The notes beneath the pieces were generated by a model that saw only the letters and a program-made list of their open reading frames with translations, made no database searches and was not told the DNA's origin. Source: Macrostomum lignano (Eukaryota). Taken from it: a stretch of DNA of 64,000 nt. Location: the NCBI GenBank assembly GCA_002269645.1, contig NIVC01003797.1:12332-76331 (forward strand). The letters are read 5' to 3'. Both the position numbers and the translations under genes were made by a program. Of the stretch, positions 48,576 through 60,820 are shown piece by piece (the stretch's first letter is position 1; each line of letters starts with the position of its first letter).

Positions 48576-50491
48576 TGCAAGGGGTCTACGATGTTTGCCT
48601 GCCGGACGTTTACCAGCCGACGTTTGCCTGCGGGACGTTTGCCAGCCGACGTTTGCCAGCCGACGTTTGCCAGCCGACGTTGGCCAGCGGGACGTTTGCC
48701 AGCCGACGTTTGCCAGCCGACGTTGGCCAGCGGGACGTTTGCCAGCCGACGTTTGCCTGCGGGACGTTTGCCAGCCGACGTTTGCCAGCGGGACGTTTGC
48801 CAGCCGACGTTTGCCTGCGGGACGTTTGCCTGTCGACGTTTGCCTGCGGGACGTTTGCCTGCGGGAAGTTTGCCAGCCGACGTTTGCCAGCGGGACGTTT
48901 GCCAGCCGACGTTTGCCAGCGGGACGTTTGCCAGCCGACGTTTGCCAGCGGGACGTTTGCCAGCCGACGTTTGCCAGCCGACATTTGCCTGCGGGACGTT
49001 TGCCAGCCGGACAGTCGCAGGCGGCAATTGGTTAAAGAAGTATGCCCTCTCTAGGCTTACAACTTGCATTTGAAAACTGTGGACATAGCACTAATAATTC
49101 CACTTTGCTGCCTACTAACTGCTATTAAATATACAGGTTACTACGCTCGTAACAAACTACTTAGAACTTAGAACGCTCTTCGTCTTATTGATATTTTAGG
49201 TAGGTTTTAGTAACATGCATGTATGTACCAAAGCAACTGATGTAACCAAAACTAGCAGAACTAGCAGAACCAAAGCGTCACTGACAATAAAGTCAGTGAC
49301 ATTGTTCTACAATCTACATATATGTAGGCTTAGCCATGACATGCAAAAAAGTTAAAATTGACATAATTCATGATTCATTAGGCTTAGGCCTACACCAGGG
49401 TTAAAAATTTAGACCTATACAGCTGTTTTTCTAGAAGATGCGAACCGATTCTGGTTCTGGAATTGGTAATGTGAAGAGGCTTCAGGCCGGATCATAGAGG
49501 CTTTTCATAGGCCTATTACCAATTCCAGAATTAGAATTGGTTCGGATCTTCCAAGAAAAACAGTAGTATAACTAGGGCCTATTTAATTCTGTTGAATGTT
49601 TGACTGCCTTAACAACCTCACTTAGCACTATTTTTCACTTTCTTCTTGGCGATTGTCATTCAATAATAAAAACTTTATAGCATGTATCTCCCTCTAGTTA
49701 TGGAGACAAAAAGTTATACTTCACAAATTGGTTCTGGTTCTGGGAACAGAACCAGACACCGAACACAAACACAAACACCGAATTCAAATTTTCAAATTAT
49801 TACGCACTACTCAAAACTCCTAATGTTGGTGTTTTATTTTTATTCGCAATCAATAAAATATTATTTCGCCACTCAGCTGAAAATGGTGGGGCATACACGA
49901 AACTTTTTACGAGTATATATTTAGTTTTTATAATGTTACAACTGCTAAATATAGCATAAATATATATAGCTAAATATATAGCAGTTGGCTGGCAAATGTC
50001 GGCTGGCAAACGTCCTGCAGGCAAACGTCCTGCAGGCAAACGTCCTGCAGGCAAACGTCCCGCAGGCAAACGTCGGCTGGCAAACGTCGGCTGGCAAACG
50101 TCGGCTGGCAAACGTCCTGCAGGCAAACGTCCTGCAGGCAAACGTCCCGCAGGCAAACGTCGGCTGGCAAACGTCGGCTGGCAAACGTCCTGCAGGCAAA
50201 CGTCCTGCAGGCAAACGTCCTGCAGGCAAACGTCCCGCAGGCAAACTTCGGCTGGTAAACGTCGGCTGGCAAACATCGGCTGGCAAACGTCGGCTGGCAA
50301 ATGTCGGCTGGCTAACGTCGGCTGGCAAACGTCCCGCAGGCAAACGTCCCGCAGGCAAACGTCGGCTGGCAAACGTCCCGCAGGCAAACGTCGGCTGGCA
50401 AACGTCGGCTGGCAAACGTCGACTGGCAAACTTCCCGCAGGCAAACGTCGGCTGGCAAACGTCCCGCAGGCAAACGTCGCTATCCCGTGCA
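48576..50491. mobile_element. Foldback-like structure: inverted arrays of 14/15-bp modules (GACGTTTGCCAGCC / GACGTTTGCCTGCGG) flanking a ~1-kb AT-rich spacer
   Basis: Plus-oriented array ~48590-49010 and reverse-oriented array ~49985-50478. The outer ends resemble each other (TGCAAGGGGTCTACGA vs reverse-complement TGCACGGGATAGCGA). Confidence 0.65.
49423..49563. other. Long hairpin, 48/49-bp arms with a 44-nt loop
   Basis: Arms at 49423-49470 and 49515-49563 are near-complementary. Confidence 0.85.
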
Positions 50492-51633
50492 AGGACAACT
50501 TAAGTAGTAGGACGCAACACTCGCGTATCGTGTAATTTTTATTGGAGGCATGGTCTTCACAAATATGTAATTCGCGACTAGTTGCACGTAGAAAGCTAAT
50601 TCTTTCGGTGTTAGGTCCAGAATTTTGTTCTTCGTTAAAATGTAAGTAAGCAACCTACAGCTATAATAAGTATAAAATTTTTGCTTTGTTGTCTTGGTCT
50701 CTTGGTCTCTTGTTGACAATTGTAATATAAAGAAACCATGTTTGTCAGCAAAAAAGAAAACAAGAAAACCAGTATTTCACAAATCCAAACAAAAAAATGC
50801 ATAATGTCATTGGCCATTAAAGGAACGTGATATAATTATTTTAATTAGTAGGTGAAGTCAGCTTATCAAGTTTAGTAAGAAATGAAAACCTGAATGGTTT
50901 ATAACAACACACACAGTCCTGTGCTCTATTTGTAGCGGTCGAATCCTAGGCTTATGTACGTAGAACTTTATACGGCTTACGGGCCTCCAAAAAAATTTCC
51001 ACGAAAGCTGAGTGTCGCGTCCTATATATAACGTAACTTCAGTTGTCCTTGTACTAGTGATGCAGCTCCATGGCAGGCTCTTCAAATACAATAAGTCTGA
51101 CAGTCCTACAAATCAGAATAGGAAATGTACACACTTTGTGTGACATCAGCGACGAGCTAATTGACTTTTTACTTAGGAAAACAAGTCATGGTGGTCGTGC
51201 ATTGCGCAATTGCGTACACGTCCATTTTCACATGGATTTTTTGACATGACATTGAAGAACGTTCCGAGACTTATTAGTCTCTTCAAATTAGTTAATAAAC
51301 ATCTTTTAATCCTTTGTCGAGTAGTAAAAGAAAAAAAAGTCCATTGATTGTAAATACTCGTTCACACAGCATCCAATTATTTTTAAGCCATCAGCCATCA
51401 AATTACACGACTGATATGTAATTAACGACGAAATATAAGCTGCATTATGACACGGAATTTGGACTTCTTTGATTGAGGTGTGACGAGGTTCACAAAGTAT
51501 CACAACGTTTTTTAGATGCACATAACGGTATAGAATTTCAAGGGGACCTTTAAATCGATACGTAAACCTTTTATTTGCAAAAAAAACCTGTCAAATATTT
51601 TTACGGCAGATCTATCCGCATGCTTTTAACCAT

Positions 51634-53556
51634 TTAAAACTTCTTGAAAACCGGATGAGTAACCTCGACGACCACTCGACGTCTACAGCTGCCGTGAGAC
51701 CTCACCTCGAGCCAGTGCTTGCACCGAAACACGAACCCGAAGTACCGAAACGTCTTCAATGCTGTCAGAAGTCGCAGCAGGTCGAAGGCCACATCGAAGT
51801 CGCTGATGCACCGCTGGAACGTCTCTGTGACGAACGCGATGAGAAAGTTCAGCAGGTTGAGGCCCACAAACACGAAGAACAGCACGTGGATGATGAGAAC
51901 CATCACGCTGTCCAAGCTGAAGGTGATCATGTTGAGGATGACCTTGACCGACGAGTAGAGCGACAACAGGCCGGTCTCGAAGTCGGGCGAGTCGACCAAG
52001 ATGAAGAAGTCCAGGCTGAAGAGAATGATCCAGTAGAACAGCAGCGGCAGCGCGGCCAGGAAGCTGGACAGCATGCAGTGGAAGGTGAAGAAGAGCTTCC
52101 CGACCGACTTCGTCACGATCTCCATGTACTGCGCAAAGTGCAGCAGCGTGAACGCGATGAAGAGAGTGTTGGACCCAATTAAAAGCTGTTCCATTACACC
52201 TCTTGGCTCAAAGTATTCATAAAAATTTTTTAGTTGCAGTGCTGAAGCGAATATAAAAAAGCTGATGCCGCTTACGAAAGCCACCGCCTGATAGAAATCA
52301 AAAGTCGAGCGGCGCACAAAGCGCCCAGTTGAGCTGTCGATGGGCGCCACAGTCCTTATCTTTCGCTGGCACTCAACAAAATAGAGCACCAACTTGATGA
52401 GCATAATGACCATATGAAACACGGAGACAAATGTTATCATTAAATAGCTCAAAAGCATCGAGTCAAATAATTCACCGCAACTATAATTCTTTACCGACTG
52501 GCTGTTAAAAATCTCATGGTACAGCGTCGTGTTGGAAAGAGACGATGTGTTGTAGCCTGCCCGAAAAGCGGCGGCAAAGGTTGCTCGGTTGCAGTGAATG
52601 AGGTTGCCAAAACAGGCCACCGTCAGCATGATTGATTCGTTCACAGCTGTGAGAAGAAATACCGATGTTGGAACGCTCATCACCAGCAGCCTCAGAAATG
52701 TGATCGCTCGAGTCTGACGGTACGTCAACCGAAGCCACTGTCGGATGAGAGGGTCCTCCATCAGCTTGGACTTCTTGAGTGACTCGACCTGACTCGACGC
52801 TACATAGGTGAGCAGGTGCAGAGGACTCGAGTTGCACCGGCTCCCGTGACACAGGTCGTAGTCGGTGAGGTCGTAGAGACGGACGGCCCAGCCGCCGGAT
52901 CGAGTCTCCGATTTCAACAGGTAGTTCGGCAGGTGCAACATCTTGCGGGCCAGTCGGAATGCAGCGAACTTCACGCACGCCTCCAGAGGTCGGAGACCGC
53001 TCGAGTCCTCCTGAGTGACCAGCCTGTCTAGCAGACGAGGCTCTCTACTCAGCGTCGAGAGGAGCGCCGTCTCCAGACGCTTGGCTCGCTTGAACCTCGG
53101 CGCGTACATCTGGCAGCGAGCCAGACTGTGTACAACGGTGCTGCCGTCGAGCTCGAGCTGAGCCGCGTGCTCGGAGCTGTCTTCCAACAGAGCCTCGAAC
53201 ACTCGCACGGACTGCAGCAGAATCGCCAGGTGGATCGCGTATCCGAACTGCAGACTGACGAAGCCCCACTTTCGGCGACTTCTCGGCAAGCGACACCGGA
53301 TCTCGTGGCTTTCGGTCACGTCGACCAGAGGCTGGGCGAGCCTTCCCGACAGGTCCGGCTTCAAAGCTCGCATGAAGGCGTCAGGGTCGTCATCGACCAG
53401 AGCAGCCAGCGCCGCCTCTGCTGATTCCATGTTGAACAACTCTTTCAAGTTTGTATCGTTCTGACTCGGCAGCACCCGATTACCTGCAAGAAGTGAAATT
53501 CTGTTGCTGGAGCGAACTCTGATAAAGTCGTTAGTAGCCGGGATCCCTTCGCCCAT
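51634..53556 (-). CDS. Divergent TRPV-like cation channel, copy 1 (640 aa ORF; shared core starts at ATG 53430)
   Basis: Ankyrin-like segments (FGYAIHLAILL, GSTVVHSLA, SSGLRPLEAC), TRPV-type linker (WAVRLYDLTDYD, LMEDPLIRQWL), about six hydrophobic helices, and S6/TRP helix LNLLNFLIAFVTETFQR. Confidence 0.8.
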   Translation of the reverse strand: MGEGIPATNDFIRVRSSNRISLLAGNRVLPSQNDTNLKELFNMESAEAALAALVDDDPDAFMRALKPDLSGRLAQPLVDVTESHEIRCRLPRSRRKWGFVSLQFGYAIHLAILLQSVRVFEALLEDSSEHAAQLELDGSTVVHSLARCQMYAPRFKRAKRLETALLSTLSREPRLLDRLVTQEDSSGLRPLEACVKFAAFRLARKMLHLPNYLLKSETRSGGWAVRLYDLTDYDLCHGSRCNSSPLHLLTYVASSQVESLKKSKLMEDPLIRQWLRLTYRQTRAITFLRLLVMSVPTSVFLLTAVNESIMLTVACFGNLIHCNRATFAAAFRAGYNTSSLSNTTLYHEIFNSQSVKNYSCGELFDSMLLSYLMITFVSVFHMVIMLIKLVLYFVECQRKIRTVAPIDSSTGRFVRRSTFDFYQAVAFVSGISFFIFASALQLKNFYEYFEPRGVMEQLLIGSNTLFIAFTLLHFAQYMEIVTKSVGKLFFTFHCMLSSFLAALPLLFYWIILFSLDFFILVDSPDFETGLLSLYSSVKVILNMITFSLDSVMVLIIHVLFFVFVGLNLLNFLIAFVTETFQRCISDFDVAFDLLRLLTALKTFRYFGFVFRCKHWLEVRSHGSCRRRVVVEVTHPVFKKF

Positions 53557-54423
53557 TACTTTGTGCAGCTGAACAGTTTGCCGCAGAATCAGTCCGATCT
53601 CTGTTAGTTTTCTGGTGCGCTGCTTTTATGAGCTTTGCAAAGTATAGCTGCCAGCAAATCAATATACAGGGAATCGCTGGTCACAAGTGTACATTTTTCT
53701 CCAAAACATTTGACCAGCCTGAACAAACAAAGGCCACTGAACTAGAGTCAGTTCTGGCGATACAGTCAGGCAAGTATGGTTCTTAGTTGTCCTTGGTATG
53801 GTCTCGAGGGCGCAGAGCAAACAACATTATCAAATGAATTGATTTGACGAAGAAAGTAGCCCAATAGTGCTATGTAACTCATTTCTGCATAGCCTGAGTC
53901 TCTATTGCAGTGGAACTTTTTTGGGAGCCAGTCTGAAAAGCAACGGCTCTCCAGCAAAAATTTGCACGTATATGATATTAAAAACTATGGTTGAATTTTT
54001 TAGCCGTTGAATTGAGTAACGATCCGGTTCCAGAAAGGCATCTCCGTATTTGAGCTTTTTAGCATGCAAATTTAAGTTTAAATCTCGATAATCAAGATTC
54101 AATCAAGGGAACTGGCAATAGCTCAAGTCTAGCAACAAATTTCTTGACTGTTTTAAAAACCGACGAAAACTTGTCTACGAGCTCCAATCTCCAAGCCGTG
54201 TTTGCAGCCATGGACATCTGTGCTGTGGTCTGCTCTTCCTTTTACTCCAGTCTTGAGGTCACTATTGGTGGTCCTGTTTTCCTCTGTCATTTGAGCAAGT
54301 CACATGAAAAGCCGTGTTTTCCTGGAGTCCAAAAGTCCTGGAGTCCTGGAGTAAACATGTTTACTACACTCGCTGGCCTGTGTTTACGGGGACCACGACC
54401 CCGGCCTTCTCAAAGGCGGGAGG

Positions 54424-54491
54424 TGACGTCAGTTCTAAAAATAGATACTGAGTCACGCTATCTGGCGCACAATGGTGCAATGGGGATTCCC
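54424..54491. promoter_or_regulatory. Candidate enhancer: CRE, AP-1 and kB-like sites within 68 bp, between the divergent TRPV-like copies 1 and 2
   Basis: TGACGTCA 54424-54431, TGAGTCA 54449-54455, GGGGATTCCC 54482-54491. Motif match only. Confidence 0.35.
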
Positions 54492-55327
54492 AGCATATAT
54501 GTACGGGCCCCCCTCACCCTTGTTTCCGTCAAGGATTTCACTTTCAGTTTCAGTTCTTCTGCTACCATGTTTCCGTCTGTAATACGCCTGACTAAACATA
54601 GACGCCCAAGTCTAAAGGAGGCCTACATCGCCTTCCCAACCACCCACTGGGCCCAGCTGGATCTGCTGACCAGACGCCTTGTTCGTTAATCTTCAAATCT
54701 GCACGCGGTGCTGAGTTCGTTTACTTGTTTATTTTGTTCCGACGGGAAGCCCACCTCATCGAAAGCCGAGACCTGAAGGAACTGGTGGCAGCACTAGCTA
54801 CGCTACGATTGAAGACTCCCGATCAAAAGGACGAAAAGTCAATTTAACTGTGCTGGCGCTGTCCGAGTAGGTAGCACAGGTACAACATTGGTGGCAGCGA
54901 TGGGATTCTGAAGACCTACCAAACCACCCCGAGACAACCATCAATACAACACTTTCGATTGAGTGATAAAGCATATTGTATTTCTGTCTCCAGATCCTAG
55001 TAACTTTCGACGAAGCCGATGTGTGTTAGTGGTAAATTCTACTTTAAATTTGAAAACGAACTCTTTCAATAGCTCGAGACTAATACGAGTTTAAAACTGA
55101 ATATCGGACCCGTTCAACTGGAGCGCCTGAGAGGACAGCTGCTAAACTCAAGTCTAAATAGGAAGACAACGCCCAGGGGTTGCCCAGGAATTCAGGGGAG
55201 CACTGCATTCAGAGCCGTTTGGGAAGTCAGCTGGGCTACTGACAGACGGGCTGAAGGCCAGGGAGCGGTTCTCATAGACCATGACTCTTATTCTCTTACA
55301 CTGTTTCAAAGTGGAAAGGCAAATATA

Positions 55328-57268
55328 GTGGACGCAGATAAAACACTTCTGGCTGACTTCGGTATGCGAGAAATTTTAAAGCAAATCGAAACGCAGCAGA
55401 AGGCACCAAAAAGTGCAAACATGATTCGGGAACGGAAACAAAGCATGGAATCGGCAGAAGCGGCGCTGGCTGCTCTGGTCGATGACGACCCTGACGCCTT
55501 CATGCGAGCTTTGAAGCCGGACCTGTCGGGAAGGCTCGCCCAGCCTCTGGTCGACGTGACCGAAAGCCACGAGATCCGGTGTCGCTTGCCGAGAAGTCGC
55601 CGAAAGTGGGGCTTCGTCAGTCTGCAGTTCGGATACGCGATCCACCTGGCGATTCTGCTGCAGTCCGTGCGAGTGTTCGAGGCTCTGTTGGAAGACAGCT
55701 CCAAGCACGCGGCTCAGCTCGAGCTCGACGGCAGCACCGTTGTACACAGTCTGGCTCGCTGCCAGATGTACGCGCCGAGGTTCAAGCGAGCCAAGCGTCT
55801 GGAGACGGCGCTCCTCTCGACGCTGAGTAGAGAGCCTCGTCTGCTAGACAGGCTGGTCACTCAGGAGGACTCGAGCGGTCTCCGACCTCTGGAGGCGTGC
55901 GTGAAGTTCGCTGCATTCCGACTGGCCCGCAAGATGTTGCACCTGCCGAACTACCTGTTGAAATCGGAGACTCGATCCGGCGGCTGGGCCGTCCGTCTCT
56001 ACGACCTCTCCGACTACGACCTGTGTCACGGGAGCCGGTGCAACTCGAGTCCTCTGCACCTGCTCACCTATGTAGCGTCGAGTCAGGTCGAGTCGCTCAA
56101 GAAGTCCAAGCTGATGGAGGACCCTCTCATCCGACAGTGGCTTCGGTTGACGTACCGTCAGACTCGAGCGATCACATTTCTAAGGCTGTTGGTGATGGGC
56201 ATACCACCAGCAGCATTTTTGTTGACGGTGTTTAGCCAATATGTAATGCTACTTGTATCAAGTTTTGGTTTGCTGATTTACTGTAATCAAGCCACCTTCA
56301 CAGCCGCAGAGAAGCTAGGCTTCAATGAGACCGTGTTGTTGAACTCAACCCTCTTTTGGAAAGTGTTTAATGATCAGACAGTTAAGCAGACCAAGTGCTC
56401 AAGAATCGGCGAGGCAATATTTGTAAACACCTGTGTGATTTTTGCGGTTCTGGTCTTCAAAGTCATCGTAGCCTGCGTGAAGATTGTTCTGTGGCTCCTG
56501 GAGCGGAGTCAGCGGATGAAGCTTCTCACAGCCGACAACTGGCGACCCACCCAGCGATTCGTCCGTAGAACCATGTTCGACGTTTACCTGGCAGTAACTA
56601 TTGCCAGCAGCTCCTGCTTCCTAGTTGTTCTGTTCACCAACTTTTGGGCGAACTACTCAGGATGGTACCGGACACTGCTCCCCATCAACCAGCGGTCTGG
56701 CTGGGTCACCGAGCAGCTGTTTCTCGGCTCGAATGCTTTATTTATCGCATCCGTTCTCTTGCAGTATTCCCAGTATTTGGAGATTGTATCAAGAGGCATT
56801 GGGAAACTGTTTTTCATCTTTCACAGCATGATGACAAGTTTCCTGGCTTCCATGCCTCTGCTTTACTTTTGGATAATTTTGTTTAGTTTGATTTTCTTCA
56901 TCCTGGTTGACACGCAAGACTTTAGCACTGGTTCTCTATCTTTGTATTCATCCGTGAGAGTCATACTGAACATGATCAACTTCAACCTAGACAGTTCCAT
57001 CGTTCTCATTATTCATTTCGCATTCTTTATGTTTGTCAGCATCAACCTGTTGAACTTTCTCATAGCGTCTGTCACAGAGACGTTCCAGCGGTGCATCAGC
57101 GATTTCGACGTGGCGTTCGACCTGCTGCGGCTTCTGGCAGCGCTGAAGACGTTTCGGTACTTTAAGTTTGTACCCCGGTGCAATCACTGGCTAGAAGTGA
57201 GATCTCATGGCATCTGCAGACGTCGGGTGGTCGTTGAAGTTGTTCAACCGGCTTTTAAAAGGCAATAA
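55328..57268 (+). CDS. Divergent TRPV-like cation channel, copy 2 (646 aa ORF; shared core starts at ATG 55445)
   Basis: Paralog of copy 1: near-identical from MESAEAA to LRLLVM, diverged across the membrane domain. Confidence 0.8.
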   Translation: MDADKTLLADFGMREILKQIETQQKAPKSANMIRERKQSMESAEAALAALVDDDPDAFMRALKPDLSGRLAQPLVDVTESHEIRCRLPRSRRKWGFVSLQFGYAIHLAILLQSVRVFEALLEDSSKHAAQLELDGSTVVHSLARCQMYAPRFKRAKRLETALLSTLSREPRLLDRLVTQEDSSGLRPLEACVKFAAFRLARKMLHLPNYLLKSETRSGGWAVRLYDLSDYDLCHGSRCNSSPLHLLTYVASSQVESLKKSKLMEDPLIRQWLRLTYRQTRAITFLRLLVMGIPPAAFLLTVFSQYVMLLVSSFGLLIYCNQATFTAAEKLGFNETVLLNSTLFWKVFNDQTVKQTKCSRIGEAIFVNTCVIFAVLVFKVIVACVKIVLWLLERSQRMKLLTADNWRPTQRFVRRTMFDVYLAVTIASSSCFLVVLFTNFWANYSGWYRTLLPINQRSGWVTEQLFLGSNALFIASVLLQYSQYLEIVSRGIGKLFFIFHSMMTSFLASMPLLYFWIILFSLIFFILVDTQDFSTGSLSLYSSVRVILNMINFNLDSSIVLIIHFAFFMFVSINLLNFLIASVTETFQRCISDFDVAFDLLRLLAALKTFRYFKFVPRCNHWLEVRSHGICRRRVVVEVVQPAFKRQ

Positions 57269-58172
57269 TGTCCTAATCGTCTAAACCAGCGAATACCTTC
57301 GTGGCAAAATCCTTTGTTTGGAAGCTTGATTCGCGATGTTTAGCTGGATTAACTTGATTACAGGCAGGCGATTCAGCTTTCCTAATATTTCTTCATACTG
57401 CTTAGTCATTGCGCAGAATGCTGTGTCGTTTACCTCGGTTTTCTCCCGTCTCAGTCCGTACATCTACGAGTACACTGCTTGAATATTTTGCATTCACGAA
57501 TAAAACGTACTTTGAGCCAACATACGCTCGTATATTCAACTATATTTAATCGTAAGTTTCTGTTGAGTACTACGAGTAGTTTTCACCCGTGAGTGAAACC
57601 AGCTTCATTATAAACCCTGGAAGGCGAGTGTTCAGCAGCTATTGCTACGAGCGTACGTACCGACCAATTTGGAAGGTTACAAATGAAGGTTAGATAAAAG
57701 GCTGGGACGTTCAATATTTATTGGCAGTTTATAGCAATTAATTAAAGGTTGCCCCGAAATACTAAATGACGAAATTAGCACTTGCTCCTAGCGACTCTTG
57801 GATGCTTATCACAGAATCGCGCTTAGAATTTTTATAGTAGATTACGACGCTTGTACAATAATTTACCGATTGTAAAGGAATTACACGTAGTACAATAAGG
57901 GCCACTTCAAAGCAGCAGAGAAGTTAATCCAAGATTTAAAAGGTTTCCAGAAAAACTTTAAGAAAACACATTTGAAAGAGATATGGGATGGGACTTTTGC
58001 AAAGGAAAATAGTGCAAAACGAATGACGCATAAATATGAAACTGCAATATTGTTTTGCGCTCTAAGGTTCATGTTGTACTCGCGACTCTCAGGAATGGTG
58101 CACCTACGAGGGTCAGAGTACGCGGGCCCGTGCTGGCCTGCGTCGGGACGCGAGTGTCCGCACGGGACCCTA

Positions 58173-58349
<177 letters not shown>

Positions 58350-58907
58350 TCACACGGACTGTCCCTGCTACAGCTCCCGAAATGAAGAGACAAGGCAGTG
58401 ACTTACTTCGCGGATAGCTCGCCCTTGCGCGTGCGGTCAATAAATCGTAGCTGAGGTCTGCTCGCGGCTGGCGGACCCGATGGTAAACGTTTATTGCGTA
58501 TGTGTTAGGGGAAGGACGGTCTAAAGACGCTGTAATCGGCGCTCTGGGCCTGCGTTGTAGAGTGCGGCAAACCAAACAACCACGGGCCGACAGCCACCCG
58601 CCCGGCCGCGCCTTAAAATGCCACGACCCTCCCGGACCGGGGGCTCCCCCCCGCCCCACCCCCGCCCCACCCCCGGCCCAGCCACCCACCGGCCAATCAC
58701 GGCGCAGCTGGGGAGGCCAGCCCGGGAGGAAGGCCAAAAAGAAAAGGGCGGCCCAGCCAACCAGCGCGCAGACAACCCAAAGGGCTAAGCGGCTTACACC
58801 GCCGAGCCTATCACACCAAAAACAAATACGGAGCAGAGTGCACTTTGGCAGGGCAAGCGCACGGGCACAACGTTCAGAAAGTCGTCGAAAATCTCTAAAA
58901 GAATGCA

Positions 58908-60820
58908 TTAAATATCCGGCAAAGATTCCATTTCTCGACTACAGGATCTAAAATTTTGCTGCTTCCGCTTGAATTCACTTTTCGAGTACAGCCTCTTGAA
59001 CACCGGTTGAACAACCTCAACGATAACCCGCCGTCTACAGCTGCCGTGAGACCTCACCTCGAGCCAGTGCTTGCACCGAAACACGAACCCGAAGTACCGA
59101 AACGTCTTCAACGCTGTCAGAAGTCGCAGCAGGTCGAAGGCCACATCGAAGTCGCTGATGCACCGCTGGAACGTCTCCGTGACGAACGCGATGAGAAAGT
59201 TCAGCAGGTTGAGGCCCACAAACACGAAGAACAGCACGTGGATGATGAGAACCATCACGCTGTCCAAGCTGAAGGTGATCATATTGAGGATGACCTTGAC
59301 CGACGAGTAGAGCGACAACAGGCCGGTCTCGAAGTCGGGCGAGTCAACCAAGATGAAGAAGTCCAGGCTGAAGAGAATGATCCAGTAGAACAGCAGCGGC
59401 AGCGCGGCCAGGAAGCTGGACAGCATGCAGTGGAAGGTGAAGAAGAGCTTCCCGACCGACTTCGTCACGATCTCCATGTACTGCGCAAAGTGCAGCAGCG
59501 TGAACGCGATGAAGAGAGTGTTGGACCCAATGAACAGTTGCTCCACAGCTCTACCGTTGCTCTGGTCGCTTGGATACAAATTTTCATAGAAATTATCGGA
59601 CCTCAGGAACGTCGCGACAACTAGAAAGCAGATGCCACTCGCGATTGCAACAAAGTGATAAAAATCAAAGATGGCCCGTCGAACAAATCTGTCAAGCAGC
59701 GACCAGTTGTCCGCAGTCAATATTTTTTTCTTATTTTCGTGTTCAAGCGCAGAGAATCCAGTCTTCAGAGCCGCAGTGACGCACATGAAGGCAGTCACGA
59801 GACTAATCACCAGAAAGTTTATGTCGATGGATTGAAGAAATTCTGCACAGCTTTTTGACTTTATTTTTTGCTGATTAAAAAACGTAAAATAAATGGTTAA
59901 ATTGCTCAAAACGCTGGCATTGTATCCTGATGATTTTGCAGCAGAAAATGTTGCTCGGTTGCAGTGAATGAGGTTGCCAAAACAGGCCACCGTCAGCATG
60001 ATTGATTCGTTCACGGCTGTAAGAAGAAATACCGATGTTGGAACGCTCATCACCAGCAGCCTCAGAAATGTGATCGCTCGAGTCTGACGGTACGTCAACC
60101 GAAGCCACTGTCGGATGAGAGGGTCCTCCATCAGCTTGGACTTCTTGAGCGACTCGACCTGACTCGACGCTACATAGGTGAGCAGGTGCAGAGGACTCGA
60201 GTTGCACCGGCTCCCGTGACACAGGTCGTAGTCGGTGAGGTCGTAGAGACGGACGGCCCAGCCGCCGGATCGAGTCTCCGATTTCAACAGGTAGTTCGGC
60301 AGGTGCAACATCTTGCGGGCCAGTCGGAATGCAGCGAACTTCACGCACGCCTCCAGAGGTCGGAGACCGCTCGAGTCCTCCTGGTGACCAGCCTGTCTAG
60401 CAGACGAGGCTCTCTACTCAGCGTCGAGAGGAGCGCCGTCTCCAGACGCTTGGCTCGCTTGAACCTCGGCGCGTACATCTGGCAGCGAGCCAGACTGTGC
60501 ACAACGGTGCTGCCGTCGAGCTCGAGCTGAGCCGCGTGCTCGGAGCTGTCTTCCAACAGAGCCTCGAACACTCGCACGGACTGCAGCAGAATCGCCAGGT
60601 GGATCGCGTATCCGAACTGCAGACTGACGAAGCCCCACTTTCGGCGACTTCTCGGCAAGCGACACCGGATCTCGTGGCTTTCGGTCACGTCGACCAGAGG
60701 CTGGGCGAGCCTTCCCGACAGGTCCGGCTTCAAAGCTCGCATGAAGGCGTCAGGGTCGTCATCGACCAGAGCAGCCAGCGCCGCTTCTGCCGATTCCATG
60801 CTTCGTGTGTTAGAAAGCAT
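58908..60820 (-). pseudogene. TRPV-like copy 3, split by a 1-bp deletion (pseudogene or sequence error)
   Basis: Plus strand CTCCTGGTGACC at ~60378-60389 versus CTCCTGAGTGACC in copy 1. ORFs 60341-60820 and 58908-60344 join into a full-length paralog if one base is restored between 60383 and 60384. Confidence 0.8.

Noticed and set aside
48381-50535. Multiple long ORFs (RLPAG/TFAS repeats)
   Set aside because: Artefacts of the 14/15-bp satellite modules.
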